A stretch of 64,000 nt of DNA, taken from assembly GCA_951406725.2 (NCBI GenBank), contig OX597824.1, positions 9,734,001 to 9,798,000 of the forward strand, written 5' to 3'. The translations under genes and the position numbers were made by a program. This document shows, in pieces, positions 40,763 to 54,523 of the stretch (the first letter of the stretch is position 1; the number at the start of each line of letters is the position of its first letter). Origin of the DNA: Octopus vulgaris (lineage: Eukaryota). The notes under the pieces were generated by a model. The model saw nothing but the letters and a program-made list of their open reading frames with translations, was not told the DNA's origin and ran no database searches.

Positions 40763-40917
40763 TTATTATTTCCAAATCTCTCGAAATGAGATATCCAGTA
40801 ACAGTTCGCTATTGTGTCGTATTGCCAGCTTGAAACGATGTTTTCTGGGGCTAAAAGACAGTAACAATTACCCCTTCCAGGACAGCCACATTATGTTGGC
40901 AAATGGCATTTAGCTAA

Positions 40918-41512
40918 AAGGGCGGCGAGCTGACAGAAACGTTAGCACGGCGAGCGAAATGCGTAGCCGTATTTCGTCTGTGGTTACGTTCTGAGTTCAA
41001 ATTCCGCCGATGTCGACTTTACCGTTCATCCTTTCGGGGTCGATTAAATAAATACCAGTTACTGGGGTCGATATAATCGACTTAATGCGTTTGTCTGTCC
41101 TTGTTTGTCCTCTCTGTGTTTAGTCCCTTGTGGGTAGTAAAGAAATAGGTATTTCGTCTGCCGCTACGTTCTGAGTTCAAATTCCGCCGAGGTAGACTTC
41201 ACCTTTCATCCTTTTGGGGTCGATTAAATAAATACCAGTTACGCACTGGAGTCGATATAATCGACTTAATTCCTTCGTCTGTCCTTGTTTGTCCCCTCTG
41301 TGTTTAGCCCCTTGTGGGTAGTAAAGAAATAGGTATTTCGTCTGCCGCTACGTTCTGAGTTCAAATTTCGCCGAGGTCGACTTTGCCTTTCATCCTTTCG
41401 GGGTTGATTAAATAAGTACCAGTTACGCACTGGGGTCGATATAATCGACTTAATCCCTTTGTCTGTCCTTGTTTGTCTCCTCTGCGTTTAGCCCCTTATG
41501 GGTAGTAAAGGG
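40918..41512 (+). mobile_element. SINE family A, head plus three bodies
   Basis: TSD AAATGGCATTTAGCTAA / AAATGGTCTTTAGCTAA. Confidence 0.88.
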
Positions 41513-42473
41513 AAAAAAATGGTCTTTAGCTAAGTTAAAGTTAGACAGTTCAATTTTGAGAATTTCGAAATAACGTCAGTGTGTTTCGAAGTTCAATGCT
41601 TCAGAAAATAAGGTTTTTTGTGTGTGTGTGTGTGTCAGTGCTTGTGTATGTGCCTGTAAGTAAGTATGTGTGTGTGTGTCGGTGTCTGTAGGTTTGTGTA
41701 TGTGTTTGTGCGAACACACTCGAGCACGTGCTTATCTACATAATACTATCTACTGTTGCAGATTGTTATTGAAAAGAATACAACAAATCTCCCGTTCTCC
41801 TATGATGATCTTTACACCGCTACTTGATATCTTTACTCGTATGCAATTATTAAGCAATCAAGCGTATCATTAAATGTCAGTTATGATATCCTGCGTAACC
41901 ATGTAATTACGATTTATGTACGTATGTAACTATGAATGTGTGAGTGCGGTTTTTGAAGACACGTAAGAGAGGAAAAAAAGGCCCGACTTACCATTAGTAC
42001 GAATCCGGTAATGCACGAACAGTTTTTATTATGGACATCGTTATCAATATATTTAACATTATACTCGTCGTCTACGTCGTCCAGAGCTACTACCGTTGCG
42101 AGTTAAAGACTGTAGTTTGGAAGGGAAATAGATAACACGTCTAATGATATCCTCTCCGTTATGTTTTGCTCGAAATGTGGTGTTAGTGTTGCACATGCAT
42201 GCGCTCACACACAAACAAACACACACACACATCTTTATATGTATGTATGTATGTAGATGTGTAGATAGAAAGATAGATAGGTGGGTAAGTAGATAGAAAG
42301 ATAGATAGGTAGATAAATAGATAGATAGTTAGTTAGGTGGGTAGGTAGGTAAATAGGTAGGTAGGTAGGTTGGTTAGTTGCTTGGTCGGTAGATAAGTAT
42401 GAAAACATATATACATACATATATATATATATGTAAATATATATACATATATATATGTGTGTGTGTGTGTGTG

Positions 42474-42622
<149 letters not shown>

Positions 42623-42707
42623 CATATACATACATATACATATATACATTTAAAATAAGGGTGAAAACATTGAATATTAATTTGTTTCAGAAAAAAATAT
42701 TTTATAC

Positions 42708-42779
42708 ACATATAAGAGGGATGACCTGTAAGTGGCCATCTAAATGGATGCCCACTTATTGGTCATCCCTCTTATATGT
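42708..42779. repeat. Near-perfect hairpin
   Basis: CATATAAGAGGGATGACCTGTAAGTGGCCATC pairs with GATGCCCACTTATTGGTCATCCCTCTTATATG. Confidence 0.85.
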
Positions 42780-42809
42780 ATGTAATATATATATACATAT
42801 ATAATAAGT

Positions 42810-43236
42810 AGTGGGTAGCGATTTTCGTCACTACTTCAGTGAGTGACGACCCTGCCTGACACGAGGCCTGGGCTCAGCTGGCTCCGGCTGTCAGTACCCG
42901 GTATGGGCCCCTATCCAGGGTTACAGAAAGGAGACAAACTTCAAAGAAATCCGGAGTGGGGCCCCGTAGGCGGTTTAGTGTCCGACTGGACACTCTTCCG
43001 ACAACTCCTGCAACCAAGCTGGTGCCAAACGTAATGTTCTGCACTCCTTTGGACTACGTCAGCAAGGTCGAGAGAGGAATCCTGACGATTGGGCTACCCA
43101 GGATTTTCTTACATCTAGCCCAGACCTGTGCAAAACTGGAGAGGAAACTGGAGAGGACACGAAATGTAAAAACCAGACTGGATTAGTTTATGTGCAACTC
43201 CATTGTCTCCCGAGACAAAAGGATGCCAATAACAAT
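42810..43236 (+). mobile_element. Probable non-autonomous RTE-derived element
   Basis: GC-richer non-coding block; AAATCCGGAGTGG and GCTGGTGCCAAACG motifs recall RTE-clade 5-prime UTRs (from memory, unverified); short AATAACAAT tail. Confidence 0.4.
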
Positions 43237-43361
43237 ATATACAGACGAGTCCGCGCGTGTGTTTATTTATGCATGTAAACCCATACATAAAGACAGGGTT
43301 AACAAGCTATCTTAAAGATAACGTTCTGGCAACATCATGCGCTATGTGCGTGTGTCACATG

Positions 43362-43402
<41 letters not shown>

Positions 43403-43403
<1 letters not shown>

Positions 43404-43613
43404 TAGCAGTATCGCCCGGCGTTGCTCAGGTTTGTAAGGGAAATAACTATAAAGCATTTTTAGAGAGTTATAGCCAAAAAATGGAAAAATATATGGTAAT
43501 TTTTTTTTTTGAGAGTTAAAAAAGGATGGAGTTGCGTCCCCTAGACAGTTTGTGGTTCGTGTTTCTGATTCTCGACCCCATGTCAGACAAACTGCCGTTT
43601 ATATATAGAGAGA
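43403..43613 (-). mobile_element. Non-autonomous Helitron
   Basis: Minus strand A|TCTCTCTATATATAAACGGC ... CCTGAGCAACGCCGGG hairpin ... CTAG|T; no TSD; inserted in (TA)n. Confidence 0.8.
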
Positions 43614-43693
43614 TATATATATATATATATATATTTACACGTTTATATATTTGTTGTGCAAGATTTTTTATGTGAAGTCGTGTGTTGAAACAG

Positions 43694-43835
43694 ATATTGT
43701 TATATTTCGGAATGGTCATTTTGCCAGTTTAGCCAATAAAAACACACGCACTGAAGCAAAATAACACCAAATATATAGTGCGTGTGTTTTTATTGGCTAA
43801 ACTGGCAAAATGACCATTCCGAAATATAACAATAT
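43694..43835. repeat. Perfect 59-bp inverted repeat with a 24-nt spacer
   Basis: 43694-43752 is the exact reverse complement of 43777-43835. Confidence 0.95.
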
Positions 43836-43844
43836 ATATATATA

Positions 43845-44225
43845 TACATACAAAATTTAGAGGGCTGATCACTAAAAGTGGACTGTCTATACGCTAAAAA
43901 TAGACGTCAACTTGCCATTACCACGAAGAATGTCTTCTCAAGAAAAATCTCAGCAAAAAACCAAAATGTAAAAATAAGCAAGACAAATGAAAATATATGA
44001 AAATTAAAAACGATTAGATATGTCCCATTAGATTCATAGGTAATCGTACATAGGTAATCGTTTTTTATTTCGTATATTTTCATTTGTCTTGCTTATTTTT
44101 ACACTTTGGTTTTTTGCTGAGATTTTTCTTGAAATTCATTCTTCGTGGTAAATGACGATTTGACGTCTATGTTTAGCATATAGGCTGTCTACTTTTAGTG
44201 GCCAGTCCTCTAAATTTTGTATGTA
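43845..44225. repeat. ~170-bp-arm imperfect inverted repeat
   Basis: Arms 43845-44016 and 44055-44225; CATAGGTAATCGT duplicated at the centre. Confidence 0.92.
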
Positions 44226-44543
44226 AAACAATTCTTAATCTTCGGATTTTTTAAAAATATTCTAAGCCACTGGTTTTAATTGATTAATATCAATTTCTAC
44301 CCTTATTTAATTATATATATATAATAAGGGTTTTTGTGGAGACTTATTTTTGTAGTAAAAGGAAATAGTAGTCCTTTGGCTGCTATTTCTAATATTTTCG
44401 GTATGTGGTTTAAGCAATTTGTTGCAAAAAACCCTTATTATTATAATTATATAAATTTTTACCGAATATGGTCCTTTTCCATACCGAAAAACTACTAGGT
44501 GAAGTTTGTTGATTTTATTAAATTAATTATATTTCACCCTTTA

Positions 44544-44599
<56 letters not shown>

Positions 44600-45651
44600 C
44601 CATAGGTAAAAGATTCGCTTCGTGATAATGTCATTTGGGCCACATAGCTCATTGTGTTGCAAGTGTGGGTACGCGTGTCCTACATAGCCTCGAATTGACT
44701 ACTGTCACGTGAGTGAAATCAGGTCAAGCAGAAAGTCTGGTGGTATGGTCCGTCGTGCACGTGTTGCAATGTGAGCGTGTGCGAGTGCGCGTACACCCAC
44801 GGTCGCATGGCAACACACGTCTCTCAGACACTAACAAACACCCAGAACAAATATTCCTCACTGCCTTAACTCGTCTCTTCTATCGCTTCTACTCTCACCA
44901 ATAATTCCTCTCCAAACCAATTCTCTCGAACTTTCCAATTCCCACACATCTCGGTCGTTCATCTGCTTTCTCTTCTCTTCCCCATTTCTTTCATATTTTT
45001 TTATTCTTTTGGAGGACAAACAGTTCAAAATATAAGAACATTCCTAAACTTACTTTATTCTTGCGTGAAAAAGGCTGTAGTAGAAGACACTTGCTCAAGG
45101 TGCCACGCAGTGGGACTGAACCCGGGACCATGCGGTTCGTTAGCAAGCTATTTTATTTCATATAATTTGCAATTTAGGCATTTACAAAGAGGGGACAAAC
45201 AAGGACAGACAGATATAAAGGGTGAAGTAGCTTAACACAGGTAAAATTTTCGAATGAAATTACATTACGGATAAGATTATAACTTTATATATTATTTTTA
45301 TTGTTCATTGTTCATTGGTGCGTGCCATTTTAAAGATTCTTTCTTGTTGGATTATATATATACACACACAGATATATATGCATACACACATACAGACACT
45401 TGCTTGTATGTGTTTACATTTCGTGGTTTAAAATCCATTCACACACACACACACACTCAATAGAAACATTACGCATCCAAGAGGCATTGGAAAGAAAAAT
45501 ATTTAGAAACAGACAAAGAGAGCAAAACAGAGGAGACACAACGATGCTATGTTTGAAGTGTGAGTGTGGCATTAAGAGAAAACCGGCGAATGAAAAACGT
45601 CTTCGTAAGTCGAGCCATTTAGTAGAAAAATATTCTCAAAACAAATGTTCC

Positions 45652-46126
45652 ACTTACTCTTTTACTCTTTTACTTGTTTCAGTCATTTGACTGTGGCCAT
45701 GCTGGAGCACCGCCTTTAGTCGACCAACTCGACCCCAGGACTTATACAATGTAAGCCTAGTACTTATTCTATCGCTAAGTTACGGGGACGTAAACACGCC
45801 AGCATCGGTTGTCAAGAGAGTGGGGGGGGGGACAAACAAAGACATACAAACATATATACACACATAATAATAAATAATAAATGCGCCCTTTTTAAAGCCT
45901 AGCCAGGTTCATGGACCGCGTTTCCCTGGTTGCTATGGTGTATGTGTTCCCCAGCTGAACGGGACTCCAGTCCATCGCAGCGTTACTCATTTTTACCAGC
46001 TGAGTGGACTGGAGCAACGTGAAATGAAGTGTTTTGGTCAAGAACACAACGCGTCGCCCAGTCCAGGAATCGAAATCACAATCTTACGATCATGGTGCTG
46101 ACACCCTAACCACTAACCCACGCGCC

Positions 46127-46170
<44 letters not shown>

Positions 46171-46333
46171 GACAGGCTTCTTTCAGTTTCCGTCTACCAA
46201 ATCCACTCACAGGGTTTTGGTCGGCCCGAGGCTGTAGTAGAAGACACTTGCCCAAGGTGCCACACAGTGGGACTGAACCCGGGACCATGTGGTTCGTTAG
46301 CAAGCTGTTTACCACACGGCCACTCCTACGCCT
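45652..46333 (-). mobile_element. SINE B interrupted by SINE D-T3 (45880-46130)
   Basis: B 3-prime half 45652-45862 and 5-prime half 46167-46333 flank a D-headed copy matching 13642-13890. Confidence 0.82.
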
Positions 46334-46444
46334 GAACATAATATTAGAGTAAATAACATCCTCGACACTCGCGGTGCTATGATACTCGGTAGTATAAAAC
46401 TATTTTCGTCGCCTTGTATTGCTATCATGTAATGTTGCTGTCTT

Positions 46445-46920
<476 letters not shown>

Positions 46921-47329
46921 TATCAACAAACGTAGAGGTATTCTCGAAGCAACCTACTATTCCTCTCATGGTTTTGTTTTTCAATTCTGTGTAAGAGAAA
47001 ACAAGTTGTAACGCTCACCAGGAGAATACTTTTTTCTATTTATTTATTTTGAACTAATTATAATGACTGGAATAGAAAGTCATTGGTGATGGTTTACGTG
47101 ACCAGTTTTCAAAATGTGAAAACAGCAGGAAGATTCTTTGTTTAGAAAAACAATGTTTTGTTCGAGAGATGAATCATTTTTTCATGACTGTGTTATTAAA
47201 AAGTTCGCCTCGCATTTTCGAGGTTTCCGGTTTGATTCCACTGCGAGGTTTCTAAAGTAAATGTCTTCTGATTTAGTCTAAGGTCGACCAAGACCTTAAC
47301 ATTGAAATTTTGTAGACGGAAACTGTGTC

Positions 47330-47737
47330 TCTCTTTTACTCTTTTACTCTTTTACTTGTTTCAGTCATTTGACTGTGGCCATGCTGGAGCACCGCCTTTA
47401 ATCGAGCAACTCGACCCCAGGACTTATTCTTTTGTAAGCCCAGTACTTATTCTATCGGTCTCTTTTGTCGAACCACTAAGTAACGGGGACATAAACACAC
47501 TAGCATCGGTTGTCAAGCAATGCTAGGGGGACAAACACAGACACACAAACACACACACGCATATATATATATACATATATACGACGGGCTTCTTTCAGTT
47601 TCCATCTACCAAATCCACTCACAAGGCTTTGGTTGGCCCGAGGCTATAGTAGAAGACACTTGCCCAAGGTGCCACGCAGTGGGACTGAACCCAGAACCAT
47701 GTGGTTGGTAAACAAGCTACTTACCACACAGCCACTC
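47330..47737 (-). mobile_element. SINE family B
   Basis: Near full length; adjacent to an older plus-strand B fragment at 47205-47325. Confidence 0.85.
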
Positions 47738-48024
47738 AATTCCTTGTATTGGTGCGGTAGACATCATAACCTTGGTCTCCGATTGATTCTAACGTATATG
47801 CGCAAATATAATACTTCCGATCTGATATCTGGTCTTAAGATAGCAAATAACTTTCTTTCTTACTTACTTCTGTTTCAGAAACCCTTAAAATAGTCTTGAG
47901 CGCGGCCCCCTGTTGTCTGATTAAACCATTACAAAAATAATATTCTATAATTTTTGCTCTTACTGTTTCTTCAATTAAATCTGCTGCCAGAAGGGCTTCG
48001 TCGTTTTCATAAGTACTCGCATGA

Positions 48025-48447
48025 AGGTGGTGAGTTGGCAGAAACGTTAGCGCACTGGGCGAAATGCTTAGCGGTATTTCGTCTGCCGTTACGTTGTGTG
48101 TTCAAATACCACCAAGGTCGACTTTGCCTTTCATCCTTTCGGGGTCGATGAATTAAATACCAGTTACGCACTGGGGTCGATATAATCGATTTAATCCGTT
48201 TGTCTGTCATTGTTTGTCCTCTCTGTGTGTAGCCCTTTCTGGGTAGTAAAGAAATAGGTATTTCGTCTGTCTTCACGTTCTGAGTTCGAATTCCGCCAAG
48301 GTCGACTTTGCTTTTAATCATTTCGGGGTCGATTAAATAAGTACCAGTTATGCACTGGGGTCGATGTAATCGACTTAATCCGTTTGTCTGTCCTTGTTTG
48401 CCCACCCTCCTATGTTTAGCCTCTTGTGGGCAATAAAGAAATAAGAA
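48025..48447 (+). mobile_element. SINE family A, head plus two bodies
   Basis: Body restarts at AGGTATTTCGTCTG (~48256). Confidence 0.85.
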
Positions 48448-49309
48448 ATGGTACGCCTAAAACTAGCTTCATCATCTGAAACTTCAGCTTGACTGAACGA
48501 GCTAGAAAAGATTCTAAAGAATATTCATAAGAAAAAAAATGTGTGAGGCAAGTCTGGAACGTCTCTAGTAACATGTCTTAACAGCCTCCTTATTAAATTT
48601 ATATTGTTTGGCCATCATTCGGATTTCCATGTGCTCCGTACGTGATTTCCCCAAATGTAGAGAACTTATTAGACATACAATAACCACACAGTTATTGACC
48701 GGAATCAATCCATATCGCTTTTGTAATAGGTGAAGATCCTCTCTGCTGTAGCAATATCGCAATAAAATCCCGCCCAACACACGAATATTCCAAGTTTATC
48801 GCGCTAAGCAATGCCATGTAATTAGAAATACATATTCTTTCCGAAGCTAGTTATTAAATCTATCGGTTTGGAGTGTAATTGATCTAAAGATATGAAATAA
48901 TTAAATATTTTCTTCGCATCTCTCTTTCTCTGTTCAAGCATGATCCGTCTAAATTATAAACAATTACGTTATTAAAAGAATTGGAATACGTATCATAAAC
49001 ATGCTGATTAAAACTCTCCTCGCCCCCTTCTTCATCGCCATCCACATCTTTCTTCTTCTGCTACTACTACTACGACTACTAATACTGCTGCTGCTGCTGC
49101 TGCTGCTGCTGTTACCTTTCGTCTTTCTTTTCTCCTATTATGCAACCTGCAATGATAAACTATAGAACGTTTGCGAATAAATTCCGACAATGTGTGCCTT
49201 TGTCAGTTATTCCTTTTGTTCAAGAACGCCAATTCCACAAACAGCTTCCTTGTTGCATATTGTCCTTGATGAGGTGGAGAGGTTATTGACGTATTAAGGG
49301 TGAAGGAGT

Positions 49310-49334
49310 GGACGACGATGACGATGGTGATGAC

Positions 49335-49397
<63 letters not shown>

Positions 49398-49507
49398 AAA
49401 CTGTTGGAATACAACTGTAATTCTTAAAGCGTTTATGATATCCAAGACAGTAGAAAGCTAAACTGGGTGCATCATAAAGCCTTATCTTACGGTCCCGCAT
49501 CCATTCT

Positions 49508-49573
<66 letters not shown>

Positions 49574-49669
49574 TGTATGCATGTTTGTATGTATGCATGC
49601 ATGTATGTATGTATGCATGTATGTATGTATATATGTATATATACACATATATATATATATATGTATGTA

Positions 49670-49700
<31 letters not shown>
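49310..49700. repeat. (GAT)n and (TA)n/(TATG)n microsatellites
   Basis: Direct read. Confidence 0.95.
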
Positions 49701-50283
49701 CCAACTCTATCTACCTCTCTATCTCTATCGCTTTATCTCCTCCTTTGTCTGAAGTCAACTTCACTTTCCATCTCGCTTCTATGAAATCGATATTAGTAAT
49801 TTGTTAGGAGTGATTCTACCATCTATATCCCTCCCCAAAATATTTAGCCTCCTGAAATAAATCGATAAATTCTAATACATTTACACAAATCATGTCAGTT
49901 TGTTGAGTTTGTTAAGAATGGTAGAATAGTTCCGTAATGCGAAAATAGTGTTGCAGAGGTCGTTTTTTCTTTTTTGTTTTTTTGAGGATGTAATTTAGCC
50001 CCAGATCAGCAATAATCCAAAAGACACACGATCAAAGAGACTCCAACAATGATCATCCCGTCTTTTATTCAACAATGTATGTATGACTTATATTAGTCAA
50101 TATATCTTAAGTTGTTTTTGTTTAAATGGTAGGAGTGGGATTTGAGAAAGTTTTGGCTGATATTTTTAGCAGTTCCAATGGCTACGTACAGACTTCTTTT
50201 ATTACTTTTGTCATAATGCTGATAATGCATTGGCCGCAATTGTTACGACCCAGCAATTTGTGTCTACAAGCCCCACGATTGGT

Positions 50284-50628
50284 GCAGGCATGCCTGTGTG
50301 GTAAGAAGTTTTGCTTCTCAACCACATGGTTACAGGTTCAATCCCATTGCGTGGCACCTTGGACAAGGGTCTTCTACTATAGCTTCGGGCCGACTAAAGC
50401 CTTGTGAGTGGATTTGGTAGGCGGAAACTGAAAGAAGCATGTCGTATATGTACGTGTGCGCGCGCACGAGTGTCTGTGCTTGTCTTTGTGTCTGTGTTTG
50501 TCTTTCACAAACAACCTGTGAAAGACGAAGTCGACCTCAGCGGAATTTGAACTCAGATCACAAAGACGGACGAATTGCTGCTAAGCATTTTCTCCAGCAT
50601 GCCAACGATTCTGCCAGCTCGCCGCCTT
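50284..50628. mobile_element. Partial SINE B (+, 50284-50500) abutting an old SINE A head (-, 50520-50628)
   Basis: Homology to families B and A. Confidence 0.7.
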
Positions 50629-51326
50629 TCTTTGCACTTAAGTATTGACCAAACAGATTTCAGAATATTTTTCGTGATATAAAGGAGCCGTGAGTGCTAC
50701 TTTATAAAATTCCACGCATTAACCCTCTTTAAACCACCATGTGGTAAGTACACAGTATCCTCTCTTGTTACGAACAAACAACCTGTGTTTACTAGTCACA
50801 CAAGCTTCATCTAAATTCACATTTCTCTTCATTTTTTTTCTTATCCTTAGTTTGTCTCTTCCCAAATATAGATTTATAAACATGTAGTGCCTTGACTCTT
50901 GTCTATTATCTTCTTTAATTTTATGATGGAATGGTTCTTCTGCTTCTTTATCAATATGTGGCATGATAAATTTCTTCATTTCACCAAAGAGAAGTTAGGA
51001 AACGAAGCCAGGGTTGTCTCTCCTTTTACTTAATTCGCGACTATTTCACAGCCATTTAACTCGCGAAACCAAAGTAAATGTCTGTGTTCATCACTTGTTT
51101 CCAATAATTATTTTGGCATATGAGATGCGAATTTACTCAAGCTTGACACATTTCATTGCGGTAAGCAGCTGGAAAGCATTTCTCATCACAAATTACACAT
51201 CATAACCAGGTTTTCTCCCCAGTATATGAATTCCATACTGAATATATGAATTCCTTACTTATAGAGTACATCTACCGCCTATTACAAAAGGTTGTATCAC
51301 CCAACATTACATAAACACAACACGAG

Positions 51327-51647
51327 TGAGGGCGCGTGGCTTAGTGGTTAGGGCATTCGGCTCATGATCGTAAGGTTGTGAGTTCGATTCCCGGCGACGC
51401 GTTGTGTCCTTGACCAAGACACTTTATTTCACGTTGCTCCAGTCCACTCAGCTGGCAAAAATGAGTTGTACTTGTATTTCAAAGGGTCAGCCTTGTCACT
51501 CTCTGTGTCACGCTGATTATCCCCGAGAACTACGTTAAGGGTACACGTGTCTGTGGAATGCTCAGCCATTTGCACGTTAATTTCACGAGCAAGCTGTTCC
51601 GTTGATCGTATCAGCTGGGACCCTCGTCGTCGTAACCGACGGAGTCT
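51327..51647 (+). mobile_element. SINE family D head plus tail T2
   Basis: TGGCTTAGTGG A box and GAGTTCGATTCC B box; TSD AAACACAACAC(G/A)AG; nearly identical to 61321-61642. Confidence 0.87.
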
Positions 51648-51724
51648 TTAAAAAACACAACACAAGCAAAGAAGAATTTTCTATATGGGCGCTCTGCTAT
51701 AAACATCAGCCGAAACTCTTTTGC

Positions 51725-52121
51725 TCTTTACTCAGTTTTACTTGTTTCAGTCATTTGACTGTGGCCATGCTGGAGCACCGCCTTTAGTCGAGCAAATCGA
51801 CCGCAGGACTTATTCTTTGTAAGCCTAGTACTTATTCTATCGGTCTCTTTTGCCGAACAGCTAAGTTACAGGGACGTAAACACACCAACATTGGTTGACA
51901 AGCGATGTTAGGGGGACAAACACAAACACGCACATACATATGTATATATACATATATACGACGGGCTTCTTTCAGTTTCCGTCTACCAAATCCACTCAAA
52001 AGGATTTGGTCGGCCCGAGGCTATAGTAGAAGACACATGCCCAAGGTGCCACGCAGTGGGACTGAACCCGGAACCATTTGGTTCGTAAGCAAGCTACTTA
52101 CCACAGAGCCACTCCTACGCC
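51725..52121 (-). mobile_element. SINE family B
   Basis: Full-length homology. Confidence 0.85.
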
Positions 52122-52593
52122 TAGTCACAAATCATTTTATATGAAAATGAAACATTAGAAAATACAGTCCCAGATAGACCCTCAAAGCAGGGGAGTGGTC
52201 ACGACTGCAGCGTCTTATATCTTAGGTATATTCGACCAGAATTGATTGCCGGCTAGACAACAACAGATCTATAACCAAAATAACGGAAGTGCAAGTGTTA
52301 AGTGACAGCAGCAGAGGACAAACGAATGGCTGATAAATTCGGCTGCAGGCTAAATTCTTGATTACTGGACAGTTGTGATTCTCTATGGTTGAAAGAAAGA
52401 AAGAAAGACAGACAGACAGACAGAAAGAAGGAAAGACTGAAAGAGACGAACAGACAGAGAGAGAGGCAAGCAAGTAAACAGACAGACGCATATACAGACA
52501 CATACATTTTACGTATATACATATATGAATATATATTGTATAAATATATATATATTGCATAGATATATTTTTCGTGCATATGTACTAGCATTC

Positions 52594-52930
<337 letters not shown>

Positions 52931-53369
52931 TAAACATAAAGCCATACATACAAACCTACATATACGCACAGACTCTCAGAATGTGGGCGACTATTCATTA
53001 AGTCTGCTATGAATATTATCTGCGACCCTAATGCCACAACCACCAACGTTGTTAAATAACTTGCTATTCTTCTTCTTCTCAGCGCATTGATTTAAGAAAC
53101 CTTTTGTTCAAAATCGTAATGGTATTCGTCACCATCTCATACTCGGCATACAGACGTTCTCAGTAATTACATGAACGGACACGAATATATCAACAACAAT
53201 CGGAGAAGAAGTAAAGTAAACCGACTTCGGGAAAAGTAAACGGAATATTATTAGTTGCCGTTACAGAAGTTGACACTACACGGCAGAATATTTTCTTGCT
53301 GTTGCGGTCTACATAATAGTTTAACTAATTGATATAAAATGGAGAAAAAAAATCTTTCTGTTGACGTGT

Positions 53370-53424
<55 letters not shown>

Positions 53425-53544
53425 TAATTGATATAGGATAAAAAATTTTTCGGGAAAAAAATGTTATCAATGGCCAGCATATCAAAAAATGCCTTTAAAG
53501 GTAAAATGGGTATGAATAAGTATTTCATTTATATCTTGCGTATG

Positions 53545-53603
53545 TGCCGCTGAAGAGGGTAAAATTTCATGTGAATTAACCCCGAAATTGGACCAATACG
53601 GTA
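53545..53603 (+). ncRNA. Type-I hammerhead ribozyme-like motif with intact core
   Basis: Stem I TGCCG/CGGTA; CTGAAGA 53550-56; stem II GGG/CCC; GAAA 53584-87; stem III TTGG-A-CCAA; ATA triplet 53596-98. Confidence 0.7.
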
Positions 53604-53837
53604 ATAATGAATTTTTTAGAGATTTCTATCGGTTTGTTTCGAGACGCATAAATTTAATGGTTATCGACAATTCTTTGTTTCGGCGTATCTGGCATTAGAA
53701 TTTTTCTTCTGCCCTTATCTTGTATATATATATGACTGATGATTGAGGGCTTCGAATGTCTCGTCCTGTGTTTCTTGTGTCGTCTTCTGGGTGTTTCGCG
53801 TTCTTGTCCCAGTTTGTATATATTTTTTTACTTTTAC

Positions 53838-53868
<31 letters not shown>

Positions 53869-53873
53869 CATAC

Positions 53874-53906
<33 letters not shown>

Positions 53907-53963
53907 TGTATGTATGTATGTATGTATGTATGTATGTATATATATATGTGTGTGTGTGGTGTG

Positions 53964-54270
53964 TGGAGGCACAATGGCCCAGTGGTTAGGGCAGCGGACT
54001 CGCGGTCGTAGGATCGCGGTTTCGATTCCCAGACCGGGCGTTGTGAGTGTTTGTGGAGCGAAAACACCTAAAGCTCCACGAGGCTCCGGCAGTGGGTGGT
54101 GGTGATCCCTGCTGTAATCTTTCGCCACAACTTTCTCTCACTCTTTCTTCTGTCGGCCTGCTCGCATAGATAGCGGGGTGGCGTCATTTGAAGGCAAAAC
54201 AATGCGAAGCGCATTGTGACCAGCGATGTGTGGCAACATCTGATAGCCTGGTCAGTCACGGTGGTCACGG

Positions 54271-54273
<3 letters not shown>
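53964..54273 (+). mobile_element. SINE family C head plus tail T1, full length
   Basis: TGGCCCAGTGG A box and GGTTTCGATTCC B box; T1 tail runs into (TA)n. Confidence 0.87.
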
Positions 54274-54307
<34 letters not shown>

Positions 54308-54311
<4 letters not shown>

Positions 54312-54523
54312 CGTGACCACCGTGACTGACCAGGATATCAGATGTTGCCACATATATATATCTATATATATATATATATATCACCGTGACCACCGTGACT
54401 GACCAGGCTATCAGATGTTGCCACACATCGCTGGTCACAATGCGCTTCGCATTGTTTTAGCCTTCAAATGACGCCACCCCGCTATCTAAGCGAGCAGGCC
54501 GACAGAAGAAAGAGTGAGAGAAA

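Noticed and set aside
51327-51400. SINE heads as functional tRNA genes
   Set aside because: A and B boxes are present, but acceptor stems are incomplete and the heads continue into SINE bodies.
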